Of a DNA stretch of 64,000 nt, positions 29,071 to 39,093 are shown piece after piece. The notes below the pieces were generated by a model. That model had not been told where the DNA came from and did not search any database. It saw only the letters and a program-made list of their open reading frames with translations. The DNA is from Oscillospiraceae bacterium (GTDB taxonomy: Bacteria; Bacillota; Clostridia; Oscillospirales; CAG-382): assembly GCA_015065165.1 (NCBI GenBank), contig SVQU01000004.1:26035-90034 (forward strand). Reading direction: 5' to 3'. A program made the translations under genes and the position numbers. Numbering within the stretch: position 1 is the stretch's first letter; each line of letters opens with the position of its first letter.

Positions 29071-29400
29071 ATGAGTAAAATGCATGTAAAGACCGGCGAT
29101 ACCGTAGTAGTAATCTCCGGTAAATACGCAAACGGCAAGGAAAAGACTGTTGGTAAGGTAATCGGCGTATCCCCCTCTGAAGGTAAGGTTATCGTTGAAG
29201 GCGTACACATCGTTTCCAAGCACGTTAAACCCAGAAGACAGGGCGAAACCGGTGGTATCGTTAAGACCGAAGGCGCTATCTACGCCAGCAAGGTTATGCT
29301 TTACTGCCCCACCTGCGAAGCAGGTCGTCGTGTTAAGCACGTACGTAACGCTGATGGCGAAAGAAGCCGTGTATGCGTTAAATGCGGCGCAAATCTTTAA
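29071..29400 (+). CDS. rplX: 50S ribosomal protein L24 (with C-terminal CxxC...CxxC)
   Basis: MHVKTGDTVVVISGK KOW motif. C-terminal CPTCEAG...CVKCGANL. Confidence 0.95.
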   Translation: MSKMHVKTGDTVVVISGKYANGKEKTVGKVIGVSPSEGKVIVEGVHIVSKHVKPRRQGETGGIVKTEGAIYASKVMLYCPTCEAGRRVKHVRNADGERSRVCVKCGANL

Positions 29401-29416
29401 TGCAGGAGGTTAAACA

Positions 29417-29959
29417 ATGTCCAGACTTAAAGAATTCTATAATAGCGATGTTGCTCCTGCGTTGATGAAAAAGTTCAACTACAAGAGCCCTATGCAGATT
29501 CCCCGCCTCGAAAAGGTAATTATCAACTGCTGCGACAGCGAAGCAAAGGATAACAGCAAGATTATCGATAACATCATCAATGATCTTTCTATCATTACCG
29601 GTCAGAAGGCAATCCCCACTCTCGCAAAGAAGTCGGTATCCAACTTCAAGCTCAGAGCTGGTATGAAAATCGGTGCAAAGGTAACTCTCAGATCCGAAAA
29701 TATGTACGAATTTGTTGATAAGTTCTTCAACCTTGCACTTCCTCGTGTAAGAGACTTCAAGGGTATCAACCCCAACGCCTTCGACGGCAGAGGTAACTAC
29801 TCTATGGGTCTTAAGGAACAGCTCATATTCCCCGAAATCGAATATGATAAGATCGACAAAATCCGTGGTATGGATATCATCTTTGTAACCACCGCGAAGA
29901 CCGACGAAGAAGCTAAGGAATTGCTTACGCTTCTCGGCGCACCTTTCGCAAAAGCATAA
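29417..29959 (+). CDS. rplE: 50S ribosomal protein L5
   Basis: [34 protein letters not shown]. Confidence 0.97.
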   Translation: MSRLKEFYNSDVAPALMKKFNYKSPMQIPRLEKVIINCCDSEAKDNSKIIDNIINDLSIITGQKAIPTLAKKSVSNFKLRAGMKIGAKVTLRSENMYEFVDKFFNLALPRVRDFKGINPNAFDGRGNYSMGLKEQLIFPEIEYDKIDKIRGMDIIFVTTAKTDEEAKELLTLLGAPFAKA

Positions 29960-29974
29960 GGGAGGAGAATAACG

Positions 29975-30160
29975 ATGGCAAAGAAAGCAATGGTGCTCAA
30001 GCAGCAGAAAAAACAGAAATTTTCCACCCGCGAATATAACAGATGTAAAATTTGTGGCAGACCTCACGCATATCTCCGCAAATACGGTATCTGCCGTATC
30101 TGCTTCCGTGAACTCGCTTATAAGGGCGAAATTCCCGGCGTGAAGAAAGCCAGCTGGTAA
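29975..30160 (+). CDS. rpsN: 30S ribosomal protein S14 type Z (zinc form)
   Basis: 61 aa with [10 protein letters not shown]...CRICFRE. Confidence 0.95.
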   Translation: MAKKAMVLKQQKKQKFSTREYNRCKICGRPHAYLRKYGICRICFRELAYKGEIPGVKKASW

Positions 30161-30175
30161 GAGGAGGAGAGAAAA

Positions 30176-30574
30176 ATGCAGATTACCGATGTAGTAGCAG
30201 ATATGCTAACCAGAATCCGCAATGCTAATACAGCAAAGCACGAAACTGTTGAAATCCCCGCCTCCAACTTGAAAAAGGCAATTGCACAGATCCTTCTTGA
30301 CGAAGGCTATGTAAAGTCCTTTGAAGTTATTGATGACGGCAAGCAGGGCATCATCAAGGTTGCCCTCAAGTATGGCGAAAACAAACAGAGAATTATCCAA
30401 GGTCTTCGCAGAGTTTCCAAGCCCGGTCTTCGTATCTATGCGGCAAGTCAGGATCTTCCCAAGGTAAAGAACGGCCTCGGCGTAGCGATCATTTCTACCT
30501 CCAAGGGTATTATGACCGACAAAGAAGCTCGTAAGCAGAACATCGGCGGCGAAGTACTTGCGTTCGTATGGTAA
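30176..30574 (+). CDS. rpsH: 30S ribosomal protein S8
   Basis: [13 protein letters not shown] motif. Confidence 0.97.
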   Translation: MQITDVVADMLTRIRNANTAKHETVEIPASNLKKAIAQILLDEGYVKSFEVIDDGKQGIIKVALKYGENKQRIIQGLRRVSKPGLRIYAASQDLPKVKNGLGVAIISTSKGIMTDKEARKQNIGGEVLAFVW

Positions 30575-30586
30575 GGAGGTAACGAC

Positions 30587-31126
30587 ATGTCCAGAATAGG
30601 AAGAATGACAATTACCGTCCCCGCGGGCGTAAAAATCGAAGTTAGCGAAGCTAACCTCGTAACCGTAACCGGTCCTAAAGGTACGCTTTCCGAACAGATC
30701 AGCCCTGCGATGATCATCGAAAATGATGGCGCAGTTCTCACTGTTAAGCGTCCTGATGATTCTAAAGAAAACAAATCGCTTCACGGTCTTTCCAGAACCC
30801 TTATCAACAATATGGTTGTAGGTGTTACCGAAGGCTACAAGAAGCAGCTCGAAATCAACGGTGTTGGTTACAGAGCAGCTAAGAACGGCAACAAGCTTGA
30901 ACTCGGTCTTGGCTATTCTCACCCCGTTATTTTCGAAGAACCCGCAGGTATCACCTTCGAGGTTCCCAATGCAAACACCATTATCGTTTGCGGCGCAAAT
31001 AAACAGCAGGTTGGCCAGTTGGCATCCGAAATCAGAGGAAAGAGACCTCCCGAACCTTATCTTGGCAAGGGTATTAAGTATTCTGATGAAAAGATCCGTC
31101 GTAAGGCCGGCAAAGCAGGTAAATAA
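30587..31126 (+). CDS. rplF: 50S ribosomal protein L6
   Basis: MSRIGRMTITVPAGV... Confidence 0.97.
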   Translation: MSRIGRMTITVPAGVKIEVSEANLVTVTGPKGTLSEQISPAMIIENDGAVLTVKRPDDSKENKSLHGLSRTLINNMVVGVTEGYKKQLEINGVGYRAAKNGNKLELGLGYSHPVIFEEPAGITFEVPNANTIIVCGANKQQVGQLASEIRGKRPPEPYLGKGIKYSDEKIRRKAGKAGK

Positions 31127-31146
31127 GGGTAAAGGAGTAAATTAAC

Positions 31147-31509
31147 ATGGTAAGTCGCGCAGATAAGAACGCAAAGAGACTTTACAGACATAAAAGAGTC
31201 AGAGCCAAAATCTCCGGTACTCCCGTAAGACCTCGCTTTTGCGTTTACAGATCTAATGATAACATCTATGTTCAGGTTATCGACGATACCGTTGGTAACA
31301 CCCTCGTAACTGCTTCTAGCACCGAAAAGGCATTCGATAAGAATGAAGGCGGTAACGTTGAAGCAGCAGCAAAAGTAGGCAAGCTCGCAGCTGAAAGAGC
31401 CCTTGAAAAAGGCATCACCGAAGTCGTATTCGACAGAGGCGGTTACCTCTATCACGGACGTGTAAAAGCTCTCGCAGAAGCTGCAAGAGAAGCTGGCCTT
31501 AAGTTCTAA
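31147..31509 (+). CDS. rplR: 50S ribosomal protein L18
   Basis: [20 protein letters not shown] ... [23 protein letters not shown]. Confidence 0.96.
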   Translation: MVSRADKNAKRLYRHKRVRAKISGTPVRPRFCVYRSNDNIYVQVIDDTVGNTLVTASSTEKAFDKNEGGNVEAAAKVGKLAAERALEKGITEVVFDRGGYLYHGRVKALAEAAREAGLKF

Positions 31510-31519
31510 GGAGGGAATT

Positions 31520-32014
31520 ATGAAGATAGATTACAGCAAACTCGAACTTAAAGAAACCCTCATTGATACTAAGAGAGTTTCTAAAACCGTAAAAGGCGGT
31601 CGTATTGCTCGTTTCTCCGCATTGGTTGTGGTAGGCGACGGTGCAGGTCATATCGGTTACGGCGTTGGTAAGGCAGCAGAAGTTCCTGATGCAATCAGCA
31701 AAGCAATCGAAGCCGCTAAGAAGAATGTTGTAGAGGTTGCCCTCAAAGGTACAACTATTCCTCACGAAGTTATCGGCGAGTACGGCGCAGGCAGAGTTCT
31801 TCTCAAGCCCGCTGCTGTCGGTACCGGTATCATTGCAGGCGGTACAGTACGTGCTGTCCTCGAAAGTGCAGGCATTCGTGATATCCGTGCAAAATCTCTT
31901 CGCTCCGGTAACAAGGCAAACGTTGTTAAGGCGACCTTCGAAGCTCTTAAGGAACTTCGTACCGCAGAAGAAGTTGCAAAAATGCGCGGTATCAGCGTTG
32001 ATGCATTGAACTAA
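31520..32014 (+). CDS. rpsE: 30S ribosomal protein S5
   Basis: [22 protein letters not shown] motif. Confidence 0.97.
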   Translation: MKIDYSKLELKETLIDTKRVSKTVKGGRIARFSALVVVGDGAGHIGYGVGKAAEVPDAISKAIEAAKKNVVEVALKGTTIPHEVIGEYGAGRVLLKPAAVGTGIIAGGTVRAVLESAGIRDIRAKSLRSGNKANVVKATFEALKELRTAEEVAKMRGISVDALN

Positions 32015-32027
32015 GGAGGGTGTAAAA

Positions 32028-32210
32028 ATGGCTAAAGTCAAAATCACTCTTAAAAAGAGCCTTATCGGCCGTAAGAAGAATCATATTCTTACCGCTAATT
32101 CGCTCGGTTTAAAGAAAATCAACGATTTCAAGATCGTTGAAAAGGATGTTGCTATCGAAGGCAAGATCAGTCTCATTTCTCACCTTATCAGTGTCGAAGA
32201 TGCTGAATAA
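32028..32210 (+). CDS. rpmD: 50S ribosomal protein L30
   Basis: 60 aa, KITLKKSLIGRKKNH. Confidence 0.93.
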   Translation: MAKVKITLKKSLIGRKKNHILTANSLGLKKINDFKIVEKDVAIEGKISLISHLISVEDAE

Positions 32211-32244
32211 CTCGAATAATTTTAAAGATTAGGAGGATAAAGTT

Positions 32245-32688
32245 ATGAAGCTTCATGAGCTTTCTCCGGCAGCCGGCTCCACCAAGGCAAACTTCAGAAA
32301 AGGCCGTGGTGCAGGTAGCGGTAACGGTAAGACAGCAGGTAAAGGACACAAAGGTCAGAACGCTCGTTCCGGCGGCGGTGTCAGACCCGGCTTCGAGGGA
32401 GGACAGCTTCCGCTGTACAGAAAACTCCCCAAGAGAGGCTTTACCAATCACTTTGCAAAGCAGTATGCAATTGTTAACCTCGAAACTCTCGAGAACAAGT
32501 ATGCCAATGGTGCAGTGATCGATATCGATACTCTCATCAATGATAAAGTTATCAAAAACAAATTCGATGGACTCAAAGTCCTCGCCAACGGAGAAATTAC
32601 CAAGGCACTTACCGTTAAAGCAGCTGTTTTCTCGGCTTCGGCAAAAGAGAAGATAGAAGCAGCAGGCGGAAAGGCTGAGGTGGTATAA
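32245..32688 (+). CDS. rplO: 50S ribosomal protein L15
   Basis: [12 protein letters not shown]...[23 protein letters not shown]. Confidence 0.96.
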   Translation: MKLHELSPAAGSTKANFRKGRGAGSGNGKTAGKGHKGQNARSGGGVRPGFEGGQLPLYRKLPKRGFTNHFAKQYAIVNLETLENKYANGAVIDIDTLINDKVIKNKFDGLKVLANGEITKALTVKAAVFSASAKEKIEAAGGKAEVV

Positions 32689-33986
32689 TGCTTCGCGTAT
32701 TCGGTAACGCGTGGAAGATACCCGAACTTAAGAAGAAGATTCTCTTCACCATCTTAGTTATCGTATTGTACAGAATTGGCTCTGCCATTCCTGTACCTTA
32801 CGTTAACGGTGATGCACTTTCTGAAATGATGACAAAGAATAGTGAAACGCTCTTCGGCTACTTCAATATGTTGTCCGGTTATGCGTTTTCACAGGGTACG
32901 ATTTTCGCGCTCGGCGTTAGCCCCTACATTACAGCATCTATCGTTATCCAGTTGCTTACCATTGCAATCCCTGCTCTTGAACGTATGTCTAAGAGCGGTC
33001 CTGAAGGTCAAGCAAAGATCAGCAAGATCACTCGTTGGATAACTGTTGTACTTGCAGTAATCACAGGTTATGGCTACTATATCACCATCAATAATACCTA
33101 TCCCGGCCTCATTCAGGCTGGCACATTCCCCGCAATCGTTATCGTTGTATGTCTTACAGCGGGCGCTTCCTTGGTAATGTGGACCGGTGAACAGATTGAT
33201 GAAAAGGGTATCGGTAACGGTATCTCTATGATACTCTTTGCCAATATCGTTTCCAGAGGCGCATCCCTCTTTACCACTATGTACACCCTCATTAAAGAAG
33301 GCTTTGCCGCTGGTACTGCTCTTTCTTCTATCATCTGGGTTGTAGTGGCAATCATCACAATGCTCCTCATCATCACCCTTACCGTATTCTTCTCCAACTC
33401 CGAAAGACGTCTTAACGTTCAGTACGCAAAGCGTCAGGTTGGTCGTAAGATGTACGGTGGTACAAGCACAAACCTTCCCATTAAGGTTCTTATGAGCGGT
33501 GTAATGCCCATCATCTTCGCAAATGCGATCGTTATGATGCCCGCAACACTCGCAATGATATTCCCCTCGTGGGAAGCAGGTGTTAGAGATTATTTCTCTA
33601 CAACATCTAAATATCCCTTCTATGTAATCACCTTGTTCGTTCTTATCATTGCTTTTGCATACTTCTACCTCTCCATTTCTTTCAATGCGGTTGAAGTTGC
33701 AAACAACCTTAAGAAGAACGGTGGTACAATCCTCGGTTACCGTCCCGGTAAACCCACTTCCGACTATATTAAGAAGGTAGTGAACAGAGTTACCCTTATG
33801 GGTGCGGTATTCCTTTCCTTTATGGCAATTCTTCCCGTCCTCCTCGCGTGGACAGGTAAGGACGCTCTCACTTACTTGGTGTTCGGCGGTACTTCGATGA
33901 TAATTCTTGTCAGCGTTGCCCTCGAAACAACACGTCAGCTTGAAAGCGAAATCACGATGCGCCATTATAAGGGTTTCCTTGATTAA
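32688..33986 (+). CDS. secY: preprotein translocase subunit SecY
   Basis: 432 aa with 10 TM segments. Starts LKKKILFTILVIVLYRIGSAIPVPY and ends ...MRHYKGFL. Confidence 0.97.
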   Translation: MLRVFGNAWKIPELKKKILFTILVIVLYRIGSAIPVPYVNGDALSEMMTKNSETLFGYFNMLSGYAFSQGTIFALGVSPYITASIVIQLLTIAIPALERMSKSGPEGQAKISKITRWITVVLAVITGYGYYITINNTYPGLIQAGTFPAIVIVVCLTAGASLVMWTGEQIDEKGIGNGISMILFANIVSRGASLFTTMYTLIKEGFAAGTALSSIIWVVVAIITMLLIITLTVFFSNSERRLNVQYAKRQVGRKMYGGTSTNLPIKVLMSGVMPIIFANAIVMMPATLAMIFPSWEAGVRDYFSTTSKYPFYVITLFVLIIAFAYFYLSISFNAVEVANNLKKNGGTILGYRPGKPTSDYIKKVVNRVTLMGAVFLSFMAILPVLLAWTGKDALTYLVFGGTSMIILVSVALETTRQLESEITMRHYKGFLD

Positions 33987-34000
33987 GGAGTTCGCGAATT

Positions 34001-34633
34001 ATGAATATCATTCTGTTTGGCCCTCCCGGTGCGGGTAAGGGCACCCAGGCGGATATCATATCCGACGAAATGAAAATACCTACTCTTTCCACCGGCGCAA
34101 TGCTCCGCGAGGCTATGAAGGCAGGCACTCCTATGGGTCTTGCCGCAAAGTCCGCTATTGAAGCAGGCTCGTTGGTATCCGACGAAGTCGTTATCGGCAT
34201 CGTTAAGGAAAGAATAGCTCAGGACGACTGCAAGGGAGGCTTCATTCTTGATGGCTTCCCCCGCACGATTCCTCAGGCTGAAGCTTTGGATGCAATGGGT
34301 ACCAAAATTGATATCGTTCTTGATATCGAGGTTCCCGATGAAGCAATCGTCGAACGTATGAGTGGCAGAAGACTCTGCTCCGCATGCGGCGCAAGCTATC
34401 ACGTAAAGTTTAACCCCTCTGAAGACGGCGAAAACTGTGATAAGTGCGGCGCGCCCCTTACACTTCGTAAGGACGATGCTCCCGAGGTTGTTCAGCATAG
34501 GTTGGGCGTTTATCACGCCGAAACCGAACCGCTTATCGGTTACTATAAAAACAAGAATCTTCTCGTAACTGTCGATGGACAGCAAACACCTGCAGAAGTT
34601 ACCGCTTCTGTAAAGAAGGTTCTCGGAATATGA
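34001..34633 (+). CDS. adk: adenylate kinase (Zn-lid form)
   Basis: GPPGAGKGTQ P-loop. Lid cysteines CSACGASYH...CDKCG. Confidence 0.97.
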   Translation: MNIILFGPPGAGKGTQADIISDEMKIPTLSTGAMLREAMKAGTPMGLAAKSAIEAGSLVSDEVVIGIVKERIAQDDCKGGFILDGFPRTIPQAEALDAMGTKIDIVLDIEVPDEAIVERMSGRRLCSACGASYHVKFNPSEDGENCDKCGAPLTLRKDDAPEVVQHRLGVYHAETEPLIGYYKNKNLLVTVDGQQTPAEVTASVKKVLGI

Positions 34634-35382
34634 TTACTTTGAAATCGGGTGAGGAAATCATCCGTATGCGCGATGCCGGCAGGATTGCTGCGATCGCACG
34701 TGAGATCGGCGGTGAATACGTCAAAGAGGGCGTAACCACCGCGCAGATCGATCGCGAGATAAAAAAATCCATCCTGTCTCACGGAGCAAAACCGTCCTTC
34801 CTCGGATACGGCGGCTTTCCGGCATCAGCGTGTATCAGTGTAAATGAGGAGATCATTCACGGAATCCCTTCCTCAAACAAGGTGCTGAAAAACGGTGATA
34901 TCGTTTCAATCGACGTTGGTGCTTATTATAAAGGCTATCACGGCGATTGCGCGGCAACGTTTATTGTCGGTACAGGCACAGAGGAAGCGAAAAAGCTCGT
35001 TGACGTTACCAAGCAAAGCTTCTTCGAGGGTATCGCCGCTATCGGCGAGGGCGCTCGTATAGGCGATATAGGTTTCGCAATACAGAGCTATGTTGAAAGG
35101 TTCGGCTTCTCAGTGGTTAAGGAATATATCGGCCACGGTATAGGAAAGAACCTCCATGAGGACCCCGAGGTTCCCAATTACGGAAAGGCAGGCTACGGCC
35201 CGCGCCTCCGCGAGGGAATGACAATAGCGATCGAGCCCATGGTCAATGCAGGCGATTGGCAGGTACGTGTGTTGGAGGATAAATGGACGGTGGTAACCAA
35301 AGACGGTTCGCTGTCTGCCCATTACGAAAACACCGTAGCTATAACCCCCAACGGCGTCCTGATATTGACGGATCCGTCTTAA
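34630..35382 (+). CDS. map: type I methionine aminopeptidase
   Basis: Metal ligands in DIVSIDVGA..., GHGIG and EPM contexts. The start overlaps the adk stop. Confidence 0.95.
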   Translation: MITLKSGEEIIRMRDAGRIAAIAREIGGEYVKEGVTTAQIDREIKKSILSHGAKPSFLGYGGFPASACISVNEEIIHGIPSSNKVLKNGDIVSIDVGAYYKGYHGDCAATFIVGTGTEEAKKLVDVTKQSFFEGIAAIGEGARIGDIGFAIQSYVERFGFSVVKEYIGHGIGKNLHEDPEVPNYGKAGYGPRLREGMTIAIEPMVNAGDWQVRVLEDKWTVVTKDGSLSAHYENTVAITPNGVLILTDPS

Positions 35383-35394
35383 AGAGGTTGTTAA

Positions 35395-35655
35395 ATGAAT
35401 GACTTGTTAGGACATTTGGTCGTTTCTTTGGCAGGACGCGATAAGGATTGCGTATGTGCTGTCGTCGGAATTTCCGATGATGAAGGCTACGTTCTCATAG
35501 CAGACGGAAGAATCCGCAAGGTTGAATCTCCAAAGAAGAAAAAACTCAAACACCTTAAACCGATTGACTGTTCACCTCTCTCTGCCGAAAAGCTCACAAA
35601 CCGCTTTATACGCGAAGCAGTGAACGAATATAAGGCAATGCAGGAAACGGTCTGA
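35395..35655 (+). CDS. KOW-domain small RNA-binding protein (map-infA spacer gene)
   Basis: 86 aa, [20 protein letters not shown]...[10 protein letters not shown]. In my recollection this map-infA position is conserved in Clostridia. Confidence 0.75.
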   Translation: MNDLLGHLVVSLAGRDKDCVCAVVGISDDEGYVLIADGRIRKVESPKKKKLKHLKPIDCSPLSAEKLTNRFIREAVNEYKAMQETV

Positions 35656-35671
35656 CAAAGGAGGAATTATT

Positions 35672-35890
35672 CTGGCTAAAAGCGATGTAATCGAATGCGA
35701 GGGCATTGTTACAGAGGTACTGCCCAATACCGTATTCAAAGTAAAACTTACAAATGGACATATAGTAACAGCGCATATTTCAGGAAAAATGCGTATGAAC
35801 TATATTAAAGTAGTTCCCGGCGATAAAGTTACTGTTGAAGTATCAATATACGACTTGTCTCAGGGACGTATAACTTTCAGAGCAAAGTAA
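35672..35890 (+). CDS. infA: translation initiation factor IF-1 (apparent CTG start; absent from ORF track)
   Basis: Translates as (M)[78 protein letters not shown] at 35658-35664 lies 7 nt before the CTG. There is no in-frame ATG/GTG/TTG between the SD and GCT. Confidence 0.9.
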   Translation: MAKSDVIECEGIVTEVLPNTVFKVKLTNGHIVTAHISGKMRMNYIKVVPGDKVTVEVSIYDLSQGRITFRAK

Positions 35891-35908
35891 TTTGAATGGA
35901 GGTAAAAA

Positions 35909-36022
35909 ATGAAAGTAAAACCTTCCGTAAAGAAAATATGCGAAAAGTGCAAAATCATTAAGCGCAAGGGCAAAGTTATGGTCATTTGCGAAAACCCCAA
36001 GCACAAGCAGAAACAAGGATAG
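35909..36022 (+). CDS. rpmJ: 50S ribosomal protein L36 (zinc form; below the ORF-track length cutoff)
   Basis: [37 protein letters not shown], preceded by GGAGG. Confidence 0.95.
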   Translation: MKVKPSVKKICEKCKIIKRKGKVMVICENPKHKQKQG

Positions 36023-36033
36023 GAGAGTAAAAT

Positions 36034-36402
36034 ATGGCTCGTATTTCCGGTGTAGATCTTCCCAACGCTAAAAGAGTAGAGATCGGCCTTACCTATATTT
36101 ACGGTATCGGCAGAGCACGCTCTAACGAGATCCTTGAAAAAACCGGTATCAACCCTGATACCCGTGTTAAGGACCTCACCGAGGAAGATGTAGCAAAACT
36201 CCGTGACGTTATCGAAAACGACTACGTTGTAGAAGGCGACCTCAGAAGAGAAGTAGCCCTCAACATTAAGAGAATGGTTGAAATCGATTGCTATCGCGGT
36301 AAAAGACACAAAGCAGGTCTCCCCGTTCGCGGTCAGAGAACCAAAACCAACGCAAGAACTCGCAAGGGTCCTGTAAAGACCATCGCAAACAAGAAGAAGT
36401 AA
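36034..36402 (+). CDS. rpsM: 30S ribosomal protein S13
   Basis: [26 protein letters not shown]. Confidence 0.97.
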   Translation: MARISGVDLPNAKRVEIGLTYIYGIGRARSNEILEKTGINPDTRVKDLTEEDVAKLRDVIENDYVVEGDLRREVALNIKRMVEIDCYRGKRHKAGLPVRGQRTKTNARTRKGPVKTIANKKK

Positions 36403-36418
36403 AGGAGGATATCGAACA

Positions 36419-36817
36419 ATGGCAAAAGTACAGAAAAAGACAGCTGTCAAGAGACGTCGCGAAAGAAAGAATGTCGAAAGAGGCCAGGCTCATATCCAGT
36501 CTAGCTTCAACAATACCATCGTTACCATCACCGATACCAAGGGTAATGCAATTTCTTGGGCATCTGCTGGTGAACTTGGTTACAGAGGTTCGAGAAAATC
36601 CACTCCTTTTGCAGCACAGATGGCTGCTGAAACTGCCGCAAAGGCCGCTATGGAACACGGTATGAAGACTGTTGAAGTTTTCGTTAAGGGTCCCGGTCAG
36701 GGTAGAGAAGCCGCAATCCGTTCGCTTCAGGTTGCAGGTCTCGACATCACACTTATTAAAGACGTTACGCCGATCCCTCACAACGGTTGCAGACCGCCTA
36801 AGAGACGTCGCGTATAA
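36419..36817 (+). CDS. rpsK: 30S ribosomal protein S11
   Basis: [18 protein letters not shown] ... [13 protein letters not shown]. Confidence 0.97.
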   Translation: MAKVQKKTAVKRRRERKNVERGQAHIQSSFNNTIVTITDTKGNAISWASAGELGYRGSRKSTPFAAQMAAETAAKAAMEHGMKTVEVFVKGPGQGREAAIRSLQVAGLDITLIKDVTPIPHNGCRPPKRRRV

Positions 36818-36835
36818 CATTAAACGGAGGAAATT

Positions 36836-37468
36836 ATGGCAAGATATACTGGACCTTCCTGCCGCCTTTGCCGCAGAGAAGGCTGCAAGCTTTATCTCAA
36901 GGGTGAAAGATGCACCAGCGATAAGTGCGCACTTTCCCGCAGAGCTCAGGCTCCCGGCCAGCACGGCGCAGGCAGCGGTAGAAGAAGAGTCAAGGAATAT
37001 AGCCTTCAGCTTCGCGAAAAGCAGAAAGCTAAAAGGTACTATGGCATTCTGGAAAAGCAGTTTGAAAACTACTTTAAAAAGGCCGATAGAAAAGAAGGCC
37101 AGACCGGTGAGAACCTTCTCACTATGATCGAGCGCAGACTTGATAACGTAGTTTACCGTATGGGTATGGCAGACAGCCGTAAGGAAGCTCGCCAGCTCGT
37201 ACTTCACGAACACTTCACCGTAAACGGCAAGAAGGTAAACATTCCTTCTTACGAAGTACGTAAGGGTGATGTAATCGCACTTAAGGACGCTAGCCGTAAG
37301 AGCGAAAAGTTCAAGGTGCTTATCGAGAATATCACCGCAAGGACAGTACCTTCCTGGATGGAAGTTGACAAGCAGAACATTGTTTGCACCATCAAGGAAC
37401 TTCCTAAGAGAGAAGATGTAGATTTCCCCTTCGAGGAACACCTCATCGTCGAGCTCTATTCGAAATAA
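36836..37468 (+). CDS. rpsD: 30S ribosomal protein S4 (N-terminal Cys4)
   Basis: [31 protein letters not shown]. Confidence 0.97.
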   Translation: MARYTGPSCRLCRREGCKLYLKGERCTSDKCALSRRAQAPGQHGAGSGRRRVKEYSLQLREKQKAKRYYGILEKQFENYFKKADRKEGQTGENLLTMIERRLDNVVYRMGMADSRKEARQLVLHEHFTVNGKKVNIPSYEVRKGDVIALKDASRKSEKFKVLIENITARTVPSWMEVDKQNIVCTIKELPKREDVDFPFEEHLIVELYSK

Positions 37469-37515
37469 TCACTTCTGCATAGCAGAGGTCTCAACTATAA
37501 GAGGAGGAAAACAGA

Positions 37516-38466
37516 ATGATCGAAATCGAAAGACCGAATATCGTAACTGCCGAACTCAGCGAAGACGGAAAACACGGCTTGTTCGTTGTAGAACCGCTTG
37601 AAAGAGGCTACGGCATCACACTCGGTAACTCTCTCCGTCGTGTACTTCTCAGCTCGCTTCCCGGTGTGGCAGCGTCCAGCGTAAAGATCGATGGTGTTCT
37701 CCATGAGATATCCACCGTTCCCGGCGTAACCGAGGATGTACCCGAAATCATTCTTAACGTTAAAGGTATTGTGGCAAAGTTGTATTGCCAACAGCCCAAG
37801 ACCTGTGTTATCGATGTTCGCGGCGGCGAAGTAACCGCAGGCGACATTCAGGTGGATTCGGATATTGAAATTTTAAATCCCGATCACCACATTGCAACGG
37901 TAGAAACCGGTGCGCCCTTCTTCATGGAGATTACTTTCGAACATGGCAGAGGATACGTTTCCTCGGAGAAGAACAAAGCCGCGGTTGAAAACCCTGTAAT
38001 CGGCACCATTTACACCGATTCTATCTTCACCCCGGTTCTTAAAGCTAATTTCACAGTATCTAACACCCGTGTCGGCAACATTACCGACTATGATAAGCTC
38101 GAGCTCGACGTTACCACAAACGGTACCATCGATGCAAAAGACGCTGTATCTCTCGCTTCGAAGATACTTAACGAACACCTCAACCTCTTTATCGACCTTT
38201 CGGACGAAGCAAAGAACAGAGAAATTCTTGTAGACCGTCCCGAGGCTAAGAAGGAAAAGGTTCTCGAAATGACTATCGAAGAACTCGATATGTCTGTTCG
38301 TAGCTTCAACTGCTTGAAGAGAGCAGGTATCGATACTGTTGAAGATCTTACCAACAGAACCGAGGAAGATATGATTAAAGTCAGAAACCTCGGCAAAAAA
38401 TCGCTTGAAGAAGTTATCCAAAAGCTTCAGTCTCTCGGCTTGTCGCTTAAAAAATCGGATGACTAA
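37516..38466 (+). CDS. rpoA: DNA-directed RNA polymerase subunit alpha
   Basis: 316 aa. N-terminal domain [17 protein letters not shown] and C-terminal domain with [17 protein letters not shown]. Confidence 0.97.
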   Translation: MIEIERPNIVTAELSEDGKHGLFVVEPLERGYGITLGNSLRRVLLSSLPGVAASSVKIDGVLHEISTVPGVTEDVPEIILNVKGIVAKLYCQQPKTCVIDVRGGEVTAGDIQVDSDIEILNPDHHIATVETGAPFFMEITFEHGRGYVSSEKNKAAVENPVIGTIYTDSIFTPVLKANFTVSNTRVGNITDYDKLELDVTTNGTIDAKDAVSLASKILNEHLNLFIDLSDEAKNREILVDRPEAKKEKVLEMTIEELDMSVRSFNCLKRAGIDTVEDLTNRTEEDMIKVRNLGKKSLEEVIQKLQSLGLSLKKSDD

Positions 38467-38500
38467 ATCGGCGTACCATTAAAATAAGGAGGCAAAGGAA

Positions 38501-38965
38501 ATGCCCGGAACAAGAAAATTAGGCAGACCTACTGCACATAGAATGTCTATGCTCAGAGGTATGGTTACCTTCCTTCTCGAAAAGGGAAGAATCGAAACCA
38601 CCGTTACCCGTGCTGCCGAAGTCAGCGCACTTGCTGATAAAATGATCACTCTCGGCAAGAAGAATACCCTTGTCGCTAAAAGACAGGCTATCGCATTCCT
38701 CAAGAAGGAAAGCGTAGTTTATAAACTCTTCACCAAGATCGCTCCTCTCTATGATGAAAGAAACGGCGGTTACACCCGTGTTCTTAAAATCGGTCCCAGA
38801 CGTGGCGACGGTGCTGAAATGGCAATCATCGAACTCGTTGGTGCTGAATCTCTCTTCACCACTGTTGAAGAAAAGAAGGAAGAGCCCAAGGCTGAAGAAA
38901 AGAAGCCTGCTAAGAAGGCTGCAAAGAAAGCTGCTCCCAAAAAGGAAGAAGCTGCTGCTGAATAA
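38501..38965 (+). CDS. rplQ: 50S ribosomal protein L17 with a K/A/E-rich C-terminal tail
   Basis: [17 protein letters not shown]... The last ~35 aa read [32 protein letters not shown]. Confidence 0.95.
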   Translation: MPGTRKLGRPTAHRMSMLRGMVTFLLEKGRIETTVTRAAEVSALADKMITLGKKNTLVAKRQAIAFLKKESVVYKLFTKIAPLYDERNGGYTRVLKIGPRRGDGAEMAIIELVGAESLFTTVEEKKEEPKAEEKKPAKKAAKKAAPKKEEAAAE

Positions 38966-38980
38966 TTCAGTGTTAAATTT

Positions 38981-39014
38981 AAACAGAGTGTATGAAAATG
39001 CACTCTGTTTTTTC
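38981..39014 (+). terminator. rho-independent terminator closing the ribosomal supercluster
   Basis: AAACAGAGTG / CACTCTGTTT 10-bp stem followed by a T-run. Confidence 0.85.
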
Positions 39015-39023
39015 TATATTCAA

Positions 39024-39052
39024 TTGACAAAACGGTTCAAATGTGCTATGGT
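39024..39052 (+). promoter_or_regulatory. sigma-A-type promoter of the sugar operon
   Basis: TTGACA (39024-39029), a 17-bp spacer, then TGcTATGGT with the hexamer at 39047-39052. Confidence 0.5.
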
Positions 39053-39093
39053 GTATTTGATGTCAAAAATGTAAATTTTGGAGGTTTTTCGTT

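Noticed and set aside
23579-37441. Many long antisense or alternative-frame ORFs inside the ribosomal cluster (e.g. 23579..24415, 25524..26273, 26722..27603, 29378..30067, 32889..33965, 36266..37441)
   Set aside because: - They overlap unambiguous, highly conserved ribosomal, secY and adk genes.
- They lack RBSs.
- They are typical shadow ORFs caused by codon bias on the sense strand.
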